A stretch of 24,820 nt of DNA, from contig CAZZXB010000031.1 in the NCBI GenBank assembly GCA_964658025.1, positions 1 to 24,820 on the forward strand, written 5' to 3'. Below are positions 17,775 to 24,820 of the stretch, piece by piece. How positions within the stretch are numbered: the stretch's first letter is position 1; each line of letters opens with the position of its first letter. The translations under genes were made by a program, and so were the position numbers. The notes below the pieces were generated by a model, which saw only the letters and a program-made list of their open reading frames with translations, ran no database searches and was not told the DNA's origin. This stretch comes from an uncultured Janthinobacterium sp. GTDB lineage: Bacteria > Vulcanimicrobiota > Vulcanimicrobiia > Vulcanimicrobiales > Vulcanimicrobiaceae.

Positions 17775-18438
17775 TTGGAGCGCGCAAGGCGTATCCGAGC
17801 CCGCGCAGGGTGACGATCGCGACGTCGGAATCCGCGAGCTTCTTTCGGACGCGGTGAACGTAGAGTTCGATCGCGCTCGGATTGGCGGAGTCTTCGAAAC
17901 CGAACACGCTCGTCGCGAGCGACGACTTCCGCACGGTCGACCCCGCGCGGAGCACGAGCGCCTCGAGCACCGCGTGTTCGCGCGCGGTGAGATCGAGCTT
18001 CGCGCCCGCGAGCGAGAACTCGCGGCGATCGCAATCGTAGGCGAGCGCGCCGCATTCGACCGTCGAGCGCTTGATCGCGCCCGAGCGACGTAGGTGCGCG
18101 CGGATGCGCGCTTCCAGTTCGACGAAATCGAACGGCTTCCGTAAGAAGTCGTCGGCCCCGACGTTGAAGCCCGCGACCTTCCCGTCGAGCGAATCGTTCG
18201 CGCTCAAGATCAGCACCGGCACGGTCGAGCCGCGCGTCCGCAATCGCCGGAGCACTTCGAATCCGTCGATCACGGGCAGCGTGAGATCGAGGATCACGAG
18301 CGCGTATTCTTCGGTAAAGAGTAAGTGATCGGCGTCGTCGCCGGAGTACGCGCAATCGACGGAAAAACGCTCGCGACGCAACATCATCGCGATCCAATCG
18401 GAGAGTTGGCGGTTGTCCTCGACGAGCAGTAAGCGCAT
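17761..18438 (-). CDS. OmpR/PhoB-family response regulator, TctD-like
   Basis: AGGAGGT RBS, MRLLLVEDN, ILDLTLP, GADDFLRKPF, ELEARIRA, winged helix LTAREHAVLE...AIELYVHRVRKKL..I.TLRGLGY. Overlaps the kinase start. Confidence 0.94.
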   Translation of the reverse strand: MRLLLVEDNRQLSDWIAMMLRRERFSVDCAYSGDDADHLLFTEEYALVILDLTLPVIDGFEVLRRLRTRGSTVPVLILSANDSLDGKVAGFNVGADDFLRKPFDFVELEARIRAHLRRSGAIKRSTVECGALAYDCDRREFSLAGAKLDLTAREHAVLEALVLRAGSTVRKSSLATSVFGFEDSANPSAIELYVHRVRKKLADSDVAIVTLRGLGYALRAPSAVH

Positions 18439-18663
18439 CGACGACCTCCTCTCATCCGATATTCGGCGCGCGACGCTCGGCGGGACTTCCCGAAGCGCGG
18501 CGGCCGGACATTCAACGGCGAGCAGGTTCGCCCACACGTTTACTTTACTATCGAATGATTCGCTCGCAACCCGTCGCAGGCGTTCCCGGAAATGCGGTAC
18601 CCTCATACCCCACCTCGGGCGGCGTCGGGGCGGCCGCCGCCGCGGATCCCGGGTCCGCGCGCG

Positions 18664-19452
18664 TTATGCGCCGACGCTTTCCGGTAACTGACCGTATTGC
18701 CCGTCGCGCGTCAGCGAACGCGCGCGATCGAGCGTATACGCGAGCATGGTCTTGAAATCGTGGCCCGTCGAGTACGTGTGCGCTTCGAACGGATCGAGAT
18801 CGCGCAGGGTCGCGCGATAGCGGGCGAAGCCGAACGGAAACGACGGTTCGTGCCAGAGTTCGATCCGTTCGAGTCGTTCGTGCGGACCCTTCGGCTTCGC
18901 GAACTCGCCGACGACCTTCGTCGCGCTGACGTTGCGGCTCGCGACGTGGATCCGCTCGGTCGAGACCGACACGATCCGCATCGGCCGATCGTCGTACAGA
19001 TAACGCTCGTCGAGCAGTCGCAACGTGTTGTCGGCGGTTTCGCGATGCGGTGCGTCGGCGAGATCGCCGAAGCGATAGAACATGTTCTCGACGCGCCCGA
19101 TGTTCGCGCGCAACGCGTACGCGTCGAGGAGCGAGCCGAATCGATCGCCGCGCAGATACGACTTCCGCATCGAACTCGGGTTGCAATTTCCGCCGGGGCT
19201 CCCGACCTGCGTTTCCAGATAGAGCAGGCGGCCGAGTTTCGGGTCGATCTCGACGCCCGCACCGATCTGCTTCTGATACTTGGCGCCCGAGCCGAGGATG
19301 ATCCGGCAGTATTGTCGCGGCGCGATCGCGGGGAGCGACGCGAACAACGCCGTCTGCGTCGTGATCGTCCCCTCGAGTTCGCGCGCGTGGGCGACGAGCG
19401 GGAGCGAAGCCGCACCTCCCGCGACGAGGCGCGCGAACGTCGCACGATCCAT
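18664..19452 (-). CDS. Hypothetical exported protein with a Tat-like signal (last gene of the ADH operon)
   Basis: ATG 6 nt after the cytochrome c stop. N-terminus MDRATFARLVAGGAASLPLVAHA (single-Arg variant of the RRxF motif, AHA cleavage site). Globular, beta-rich composition. No family recognised. Confidence 0.75.
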   Translation of the reverse strand: MDRATFARLVAGGAASLPLVAHARELEGTITTQTALFASLPAIAPRQYCRIILGSGAKYQKQIGAGVEIDPKLGRLLYLETQVGSPGGNCNPSSMRKSYLRGDRFGSLLDAYALRANIGRVENMFYRFGDLADAPHRETADNTLRLLDERYLYDDRPMRIVSVSTERIHVASRNVSATKVVGEFAKPKGPHERLERIELWHEPSFPFGFARYRATLRDLDPFEAHTYSTGHDFKTMLAYTLDRARSLTRDGQYGQLPESVGA

Positions 19453-19458
19453 CGCTCG

Positions 19459-19866
19459 TTACTTCCAGACCTTCAGCGTACTCTTCTTCGCGATCGCCGG
19501 CGTGAGCGCGACCGCTCCGGGTTTGTGGCCGTTTTTCTGCAAGATGAACGCCGTGACGTCGGTGTACTCTTTCGTCGAGAGACTGCCGGGATTACCGGCC
19601 GGCATCTGCGTCGAGATGAACGTGTACGCGTCGTGGACGTCGCTCGTGCTCAGACCGCTCGCGGGGCCGACGAGCGACGGGGCGGAGACGCCCTGGAGTT
19701 TCGCGCCGTGACACGACGCGCAGTTCGCGGCGAACGTCTTCGCTCCGGCGGTCGCCTGCGCGGCGGTGAAGGACGTTCCGGGTGCGGATGCGGCATCCGA
19801 CGCGACGTGCGCGCTCGCGGCGAGGGCGGCGGCCGAAACCAGGCCGATGACGAAGGGCGATTTCAC
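19459..19866 (-). CDS. Class I monoheme cytochrome c, probable electron acceptor of the PQQ dehydrogenase
   Basis: GGAG RBS then GTG 19866; signal peptide; FTAAQA..G...FAANCASCHG (CxxCH); AP.L.G; distal Met in TQMP..NPGSL. Confidence 0.92.
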   Translation of the reverse strand: MKSPFVIGLVSAAALAASAHVASDAASAPGTSFTAAQATAGAKTFAANCASCHGAKLQGVSAPSLVGPASGLSTSDVHDAYTFISTQMPAGNPGSLSTKEYTDVTAFILQKNGHKPGAVALTPAIAKKSTLKVWK

Positions 19867-19870
19867 GGAT

Positions 19871-20641
19871 TTACTTCTCCAGAGCGTAGGGTCGGGCGAT
19901 CTCGGCGAGCCGCCCGCTGCGGGCGAGCCGGTCGAGCGCACCGTTGAAGAGTTTCGCTTCGGCGGGATCCGCTTCCGGATAGAGCGCCGCGATGTGCCAT
20001 TGCCCGTGCTTGATGTTCAGGGGCCAGACGTGGAGTCGGCGGGCGGCCGGATGGGCGAGTCGATACCGCACGAGCGAGGGTTCCCAGACCATCGCCCCGT
20101 CGATCGACTTTCCGACGAGCGCGTCGAGCGCGTTCTCCTGGGTCTGAAACGTATCGGCGACGTAGTTCGGTGCGTTTCCGAAGGCTCCGGCGAGATAGAA
20201 ATGCGGTGCGGTCGCCATGCCGACGCCGACCGTCGCGTGAGACGCGAGATGCGGCGACGCGGCGCGCGTCACGAGGACGTAGGCGGTCGAGAGATACGGC
20301 TTCGTCAACGCGAGGCCGTCGGGCGGATCCGGATTCACGAGATCGACCGGATAGCCCATGATGATCCCGCATTTCGCCCCGCTCAGAAAGCGGAAGAACT
20401 TCTCGCTCACGCCCTCGGACCCGTCGAACTCGTACCGGTCGAACGGACGGCCGGCGTTCTCGAGATCGCGCAGGATCGCGACGTCGGCCGCGTAGGACGG
20501 GCTCGACGTATCGAGACAGACGGTTCGCGCGCGAACCGCGGGACTGCTGGGACGAAGGAGATCGGCGGCGACGCCCGCTCCCGGCCCGAAGAGGCCGAGT
20601 GCGAGCATCGCCGCCGTCGCGACGAGGAGAGAACGAATCAC
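19871..20641 (-). CDS. XoxJ/MoxJ-like periplasmic binding-fold protein (quinoprotein dehydrogenase-associated)
   Basis: AAGGA RBS then GTG 20641; signal peptide; TVCLD..SP, L.GAKCGIIMG (conserved Cys pair), TKPYLSTAYVLV, IDGAMVWEP, FNGALDRL..SG. Lies between the ADH and cytochrome c genes as in xoxFJG/mxaFJG. Confidence 0.8.
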   Translation of the reverse strand: MIRSLLVATAAMLALGLFGPGAGVAADLLRPSSPAVRARTVCLDTSSPSYAADVAILRDLENAGRPFDRYEFDGSEGVSEKFFRFLSGAKCGIIMGYPVDLVNPDPPDGLALTKPYLSTAYVLVTRAASPHLASHATVGVGMATAPHFYLAGAFGNAPNYVADTFQTQENALDALVGKSIDGAMVWEPSLVRYRLAHPAARRLHVWPLNIKHGQWHIAALYPEADPAEAKLFNGALDRLARSGRLAEIARPYALEK

Positions 20642-20681
20642 AGGTTTCCTTTGCGTCGGGTTCGCCGTTTCGGGCGTTCGG

Positions 20682-22406
20682 TTAGCCGTTACCCGGAAGG
20701 GCGAAGACGTAGAGTCGGCCGCCCGGAGTCGCGATTCCGCCGGTGTTCGCGGCGGGTGCCCAGATCGGCGTCGCTCCGCCGTAGCCGGCGAACACGGCGA
20801 CGTACTGCTTGCCGTCGATCTTGTACGTCGACGGCACGCCGACGACGCCCGAATTCGTCTTGAACGTCCAGAGCACTTTGCCCGACTTCGAGTCGAACGC
20901 CATGAAGCGGTCGTCGATCGCACCGGCGAACACGACGCCGCCCGCGGTCGCGAGCGCCGGGCCGTTCCACGGCAACTTCGTGTCGTAGTGCCACGCCATC
21001 GAGCCGTCTTTCATGTCGATCGCCTGGAAGCGGCCGAACTGCGCGCCCGGCTGCGGGACGACCTTGAACGATTCGCCGAGATACGGAAGACCGGCTTTGT
21101 AGTCGGTTCCGACGCCCTTCATCGTCATGCACCACTGATTGCTCGGGAGATAGAGCATGTTCGACGTCGGGTCGAACGACGGCGGATACCAATTCGTGCC
21201 GCCGAGGAAGCTCGGGCAGGTGAAGATCGACGTGCCGAGATGCGGATACTTCGACTTGTCCGTCTGCGGCACGCCGTCGGTGAAGCCGACCACGGAGGTC
21301 GCCTTGACGAAGGGCTTCGCCCACAGGAACTTCCCGTTCGAGCGATCGAGCGCGTAGACGTTGCCGTTACGATCGGCGTGGATGAGCGCCTTGACCGTCG
21401 CGCCCTTGTACGGGATGTCCGCGAGGATCTGCTCGCTCGTGGAATCGTAGTCCCACGTGTCGTGCGGCGTGTACTGATACGTCCACTTCAATTTGCCGTT
21501 CTCGTCGAGCGCGAGCACGGAGTCGGTGTAGAGATTCTTGCCGGGACGGAGATCCGCGAGCCACGGGCCCGGATTGCCGACGCCCCAGAACACGGTCTTC
21601 GTTTCGGGATCGTAGCTGCCGGTCAACCACGTCGAACCGCCGCCGGTTTTGTACATGCCGGGCTTCCAGGTGTTACCGCCGGGCGAACTCGGCGACGGGA
21701 CGGAGTAGAATTTCCAGAGCTGGTTGCCGGTGTTCGCATCGAGCGCCTCGACGAACCCGCGCGCGCCGTACTCGCCGCCCGCGATTCCCGTGATGACCTT
21801 ACCGCCCGGGATGATGAGCGGCGCCGACGTGATCGCGTATCCGACGCCGGGAGCGAAGAGCTCTTTGTCCCACGCGACCTTGCCGGTCTGCGCGTCGAAC
21901 GCCATCATGTGATTGTCGAGCGTCGCCATGTACACTTTGTCGCCGTAGAGCGCGACGCCGCGATTGACGACGTCGCAACAGACGGTCTTGAGCGCGACGG
22001 GCGGAATCGGGCGGACGTACTTCCAGAGCACTTTGCCCGTGGTCGAATCCATCGCGATGAGATGGTCGAGCGGCGTCGTGAGATACATGAAGCGCCCGTT
22101 GACGATCGGGGGCGCCTCGTGACCCTGCTTGAGTCCCGTGTCGTACGTGAAGACGGGCTTGAGCGTCGCGACGTTACTGGTCGAGATCTGATCGTTGGAC
22201 GAATAACCCTGACTGTCGAACGTGTGGCGGTACATCAACCAGCCGTCGTCCTTACCCGCATCGATCAGGCGGTCGTCGGTCACCGAAGCATACGACGCCG
22301 CGGCATGGGTGGGGAGCGTCCGACTGCCGACGATCGCCAAAACGGCGACTGCGGAGACGCTGAGCAGGGCGGTGAGACGCGAGCGTCCCGACCATCGATT
22401 GTCCAC
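20682..22406 (-). CDS. PQQ-dependent alcohol dehydrogenase (methanol/ethanol family), predicted lanthanide-dependent
   Basis: GGAGG RBS; signal peptide; WLMY...YS..DQI...NV..L; GHEAPP; vicinal VCCDVVNRG (21975-21980); metal ligands Glu (GGEYG) and Asn (GNPGPW); WDYD (21444-21455) with the extra Asp; Trp-docking repeats; GKQYVAV..G.GG. No heme domain. Confidence 0.93.
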   Translation of the reverse strand: MDNRWSGRSRLTALLSVSAVAVLAIVGSRTLPTHAAASYASVTDDRLIDAGKDDGWLMYRHTFDSQGYSSNDQISTSNVATLKPVFTYDTGLKQGHEAPPIVNGRFMYLTTPLDHLIAMDSTTGKVLWKYVRPIPPVALKTVCCDVVNRGVALYGDKVYMATLDNHMMAFDAQTGKVAWDKELFAPGVGYAITSAPLIIPGGKVITGIAGGEYGARGFVEALDANTGNQLWKFYSVPSPSSPGGNTWKPGMYKTGGGSTWLTGSYDPETKTVFWGVGNPGPWLADLRPGKNLYTDSVLALDENGKLKWTYQYTPHDTWDYDSTSEQILADIPYKGATVKALIHADRNGNVYALDRSNGKFLWAKPFVKATSVVGFTDGVPQTDKSKYPHLGTSIFTCPSFLGGTNWYPPSFDPTSNMLYLPSNQWCMTMKGVGTDYKAGLPYLGESFKVVPQPGAQFGRFQAIDMKDGSMAWHYDTKLPWNGPALATAGGVVFAGAIDDRFMAFDSKSGKVLWTFKTNSGVVGVPSTYKIDGKQYVAVFAGYGGATPIWAPAANTGGIATPGGRLYVFALPGNG

Positions 22407-22489
22407 GGGTACCTCCAGGAAGTTACGAACGAGAGAATGCGCGACGCATATGAGACGCCGCGCCGACCGCTTATCGTTACGTTGTTATT

Positions 22490-22534
22490 GAAGAACGCTC
22501 GATCGCGTCGTACCGATAACGACGCGATCGGGCG
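22490..22534 (-). terminator. Hairpin (weak intrinsic terminator or mRNA-stability element) between the ALDH and ADH genes
   Basis: Arms CGCTCGATCGCGTCG (22496-22510) and CGACGCGATCGGGCG (22520-22534) with one mismatch, followed on the - strand by TTCTTC; 12 nt after the ALDH stop. Confidence 0.6.
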
Positions 22535-22546
22535 TGCGGGAACTGA

Positions 22547-24097
22547 TTAGAAGAAGCCGAGCTTGTCCGGGCTGTAGCTCACGAGCACGTTCTTCGTCTG
22601 CTGATAATGATCGAGCATCATGCGATGATTCTCGCGCCCGATACCCGACTGTTTGTATCCGCCGAACGCCGCGTGTGCCGGATACAGGTGATAGCAGTTC
22701 GTCCAAACGCGTCCCGCTTTGATCCCGCGACCCATGCGGTACGCCGTATTCATGTCGCGGCTCCAGACGCCCGCGCCGAGACCGTAGAGCGTGTCGTTCG
22801 CGATCTCGAGCGCGTCGGACTCGTCCTTGAAGGTCGTGACCGAAACGACGGGCCCGAAGATCTCTTCCTGGAAGACGCGCATCGAGTTCTTGCCCTCGAG
22901 CACGGTCGGCTTCACGTAATACCCGTCCTTGAACGCGCCGTCGAGTTCGTTACGCGCACCGCCCGTCAGCACTTTCGCACCTTCCGCACGACCGATGTCG
23001 AAATACGACAGGATCTTCTCGAGTTGTTCGCTCGAGGCTTGCGCGCCGATCATCGTGTTCATGTCGAGCGGGTTGCCCTGCACGATCGCCTCGACGCGCT
23101 TGATCGCGCGTTCCATGAACTGGTCGTAGATCGACTCCGCGACGAGCGCGCGCGACGGACACGTGCACACTTCGCCCTGATTGAGGGCGAACATGACGAA
23201 GCCCTCGACGGCCTTGTCGAAGAACGCGTCGTCGTGCGCGGCCACGTCGGCGAAGAACACGTTGGGCGATTTGCCGCCGAGTTCGAGCGTCACCGGGATG
23301 ATGTTCTGCGAGGCGTACTGCATGATCAGCCGGCCCGTCGTCGTCTCGCCGGTGAAGGCGATCTTCGCGATCCGCTTATTGGACGCGAGCGGCTTCCCCG
23401 CTTCGAGCCCGAAGCCCTGAACGATGTTGAGTACGCCCGGCGGTAAGAGGTCGGCGATCATCTCGATGAGGACCATGATCGAGGCCGGCGTCTGCTCCGC
23501 GGGCTTGAGCACGACGCAGTTCCCCGCGGCGAGCGCGGGTGCGAGCTTCCAGACGGCCATCAAGATCGGAAAATTCCACGGAATGATCTGACCGACGACG
23601 CCGAGCGGCTCGTGAAAATGGTACGCGACGGTCGTCGCGTCGATCTCGCTGATCCCGCCCTCTTGCGCGCGGATGCATCCGGCGAAGTAACGGAAATGGT
23701 CGATCGCGAGCGGGATGTCGGCGAGGGTCGTCTCGCGGATCGGCTTGCCGTTATCGATCGTCTCCGCCAGCGCCAGCACGGACAACTTGGCTTCCATGCG
23801 ATCGGCGATCTTATTGAGGATCACCGAGCGCTCCGCGACCGACGTCCGGCCCCAGGCGTCTTTCGCCGCGTGCGCCGCGTCGAGCGCGGCCTCGATGTCT
23901 TCGGCACTCGAACGAGCGACCTCGGTGAACGGCTGGCCGATGACCGGACTCACGTTCGCGAAGTACTCGCCGTTTTTCGGCGGCACGAACTTACCGCCGA
24001 TGAAGTTGTCGTACCGGCGTTTGAACGGATTCTCGATACCGAGTTTCGTGAGATCGAAGAGCGGTTGCGTCGTCGTGTCGAGCACGGCAGTGGTCAT
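22547..24097 (-). CDS. exaC: NAD(P)-dependent acetaldehyde/aldehyde dehydrogenase, ExaC/AldB/AcoD family
   Basis: [45 protein letters not shown], catalytic LELGGKSP and [18 protein letters not shown]-terminal [13 protein letters not shown]. Confidence 0.95.
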   Translation of the reverse strand: MTTAVLDTTTQPLFDLTKLGIENPFKRRYDNFIGGKFVPPKNGEYFANVSPVIGQPFTEVARSSAEDIEAALDAAHAAKDAWGRTSVAERSVILNKIADRMEAKLSVLALAETIDNGKPIRETTLADIPLAIDHFRYFAGCIRAQEGGISEIDATTVAYHFHEPLGVVGQIIPWNFPILMAVWKLAPALAAGNCVVLKPAEQTPASIMVLIEMIADLLPPGVLNIVQGFGLEAGKPLASNKRIAKIAFTGETTTGRLIMQYASQNIIPVTLELGGKSPNVFFADVAAHDDAFFDKAVEGFVMFALNQGEVCTCPSRALVAESIYDQFMERAIKRVEAIVQGNPLDMNTMIGAQASSEQLEKILSYFDIGRAEGAKVLTGGARNELDGAFKDGYYVKPTVLEGKNSMRVFQEEIFGPVVSVTTFKDESDALEIANDTLYGLGAGVWSRDMNTAYRMGRGIKAGRVWTNCYHLYPAHAAFGGYKQSGIGRENHRMMLDHYQQTKNVLVSYSPDKLGFF

Positions 24098-24194
24098 CCT
24101 GAGTCCCCCGGATACGTGAAAAGGTTTTTCGGGAAATACTCGTGATATTGTAAACTGGCTCCGAACCGCGCACTAGTAGACGAAAGTATCAAGC
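24098..24194. promoter_or_regulatory. AT-rich divergent promoter region between the ALDH operon and the response regulator
   Basis: 97-bp AT-richer gap between divergent starts; contains the imperfect dyad AATACTCGTGATATT and ACTAGTAGACGAAAGTAT. Confidence 0.5.
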
Positions 24195-24820
24195 ATGACC
24201 GCCGAGTCCACGCGCATCTTGATCGCGGACGACCACCCGCTCTTTCGCGTCGCCTTACGCAGCGTACTCGACAGCGTTTTCGATGCGTGCGTCGTAACCG
24301 AGGTTCGCACGTACGCCGAGGCGCTCGCCGCGGTCGCGGCCGGACCGTCGTTCGATATCGCGTTCGTCGATCTCGTGATGCCGGGCGTGCGCGATCCGTT
24401 CGAAGAACTCTCGGCGCTACGCGCGAGCGCGCCCGAGACGCCGCTCGTCGTCATCTCGTCGCGCGGGGACCGCATCACGATGCGTTCGGTGCTCGCGCTC
24501 GGCGTCTCGGGATTCGTCCCCAAGACGACGCCGAAACCGGAGATCGAGCGCGCGATCCGCGTCGTGCTCTCCGGTCACGCCTACGTCCCCGATCTCGGTA
24601 GCGCCCGGCCGACGCGCGCGACCGGCGACGATCGCGAACCGTTATCGCCGCGTCAGACGGACGTCCTCCAGCGCCTCGCGCACGGCCGCTCGAACCGTCA
24701 GATCGCCGAAGATCTCCAGATCAACGAGATCACGGTCAAGGCGCACATCTCCGCGATCCTGCGCAAACTCCGCGTGAAGAGCCGCCTCGAGGCCGTCGTC
24801 ATCTCGCGCGAGATGATCGG
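24195..24820 (+). CDS. NarL/FixJ-family response regulator (REC + LuxR HTH), ErbR/AgmR-like; runs off the window end
   Basis: Manual translation: MTAESTRILIADDHPLFRVALRSVL...FVDLVMPG...GFVPK...LSPRQTDVLQRLAHGRSNRQIAEDLQINEITVKAHISAILRKLRVKSRLEAV. Absent from the ORF track because there is no stop in the window. Confidence 0.93.
   Translation, partial: MTAESTRILIADDHPLFRVALRSVLDSVFDACVVTEVRTYAEALAAVAAGPSFDIAFVDLVMPGVRDPFEELSALRASAPETPLVVISSRGDRITMRSVLALGVSGFVPKTTPKPEIERAIRVVLSGHAYVPDLGSARPTRATGDDREPLSPRQTDVLQRLAHGRSNRQIAEDLQINEITVKAHISAILRKLRVKSRLEAVVISREMI

Noticed and set aside
18600..18663. GC-rich stem (CGCGGA...TCCGCG) downstream of the ADH operon as a terminator
   Set aside because: Short stem with no U-tract; such stems arise easily at this GC content.
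20642..20681. CGCCCGAAACGGCG...GACGCAAAG on the - strand, reminiscent of a c-di-GMP-I riboswitch fragment
   Set aside because: Only 40 nt are available, there is no GGCAAAC strand or P3 stem, and the AAAG is part of the next gene's RBS.
20682..22406. Calling the dehydrogenase xoxF, exaA or pedH
   Set aside because: Motifs are mixed (VCCD, WDYDSTSE, CPSFLGG); clade assignment needs a phylogeny.
1..24820. CRISPR arrays, tRNA/rRNA, pqqA-like peptide, lanmodulin
   Set aside because: No regularly spaced repeats, RNA gene signatures, ExxxY precursor peptide or EF-hand repeats were seen by eye.

Overview
High-GC, CG-dinucleotide-rich bacterial DNA from a diderm (it encodes a DcaP-type outer-membrane porin and periplasmic redox proteins). 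The lineage cannot be determined from the window; Eremiobacterota/Vulcanimicrobiota is a guess only. Left to right: (1) an AT-richer left edge with a decayed IS3-family orfA remnant next to an intact comEC; (2) a small PepSY-TM-type membrane protein; (3) a co-oriented signalling block with a very large Ser/Thr-kinase-like/AAA-ATPase/GAF/GGDEF protein, a NosP-like FIST sensor and a PAS-less NahK/ErcS'-type hybrid kinase; (4) an uptake module with a NitT/TauT-type ABC transporter and a divergent DcaP-type porin, sharing a mirror-symmetric promoter with 11-bp-period TGAAAGGT repeats, plus a TctD/TctE-like two-component system; (5) an alcohol-oxidation cluster: ExaC/AldB-type aldehyde dehydrogenase, a PQQ alcohol dehydrogenase with the lanthanide-type D-Y-D motif, a XoxJ/MoxJ-like protein, a cytochrome c and an unknown exported protein, with a divergent ErbR/AgmR-like regulator running off the right end. 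The best candidate for an undescribed system is this predicted lanthanide/PQQ alcohol-oxidation locus. It has an atypical active-site loop, an extra unknown exported gene, no pqq genes in the window, an embedded carboxylate-type import module, and a possible link to FIST/NO and c-di-GMP signalling. All family calls come from motifs recognised by eye; no database search was run.
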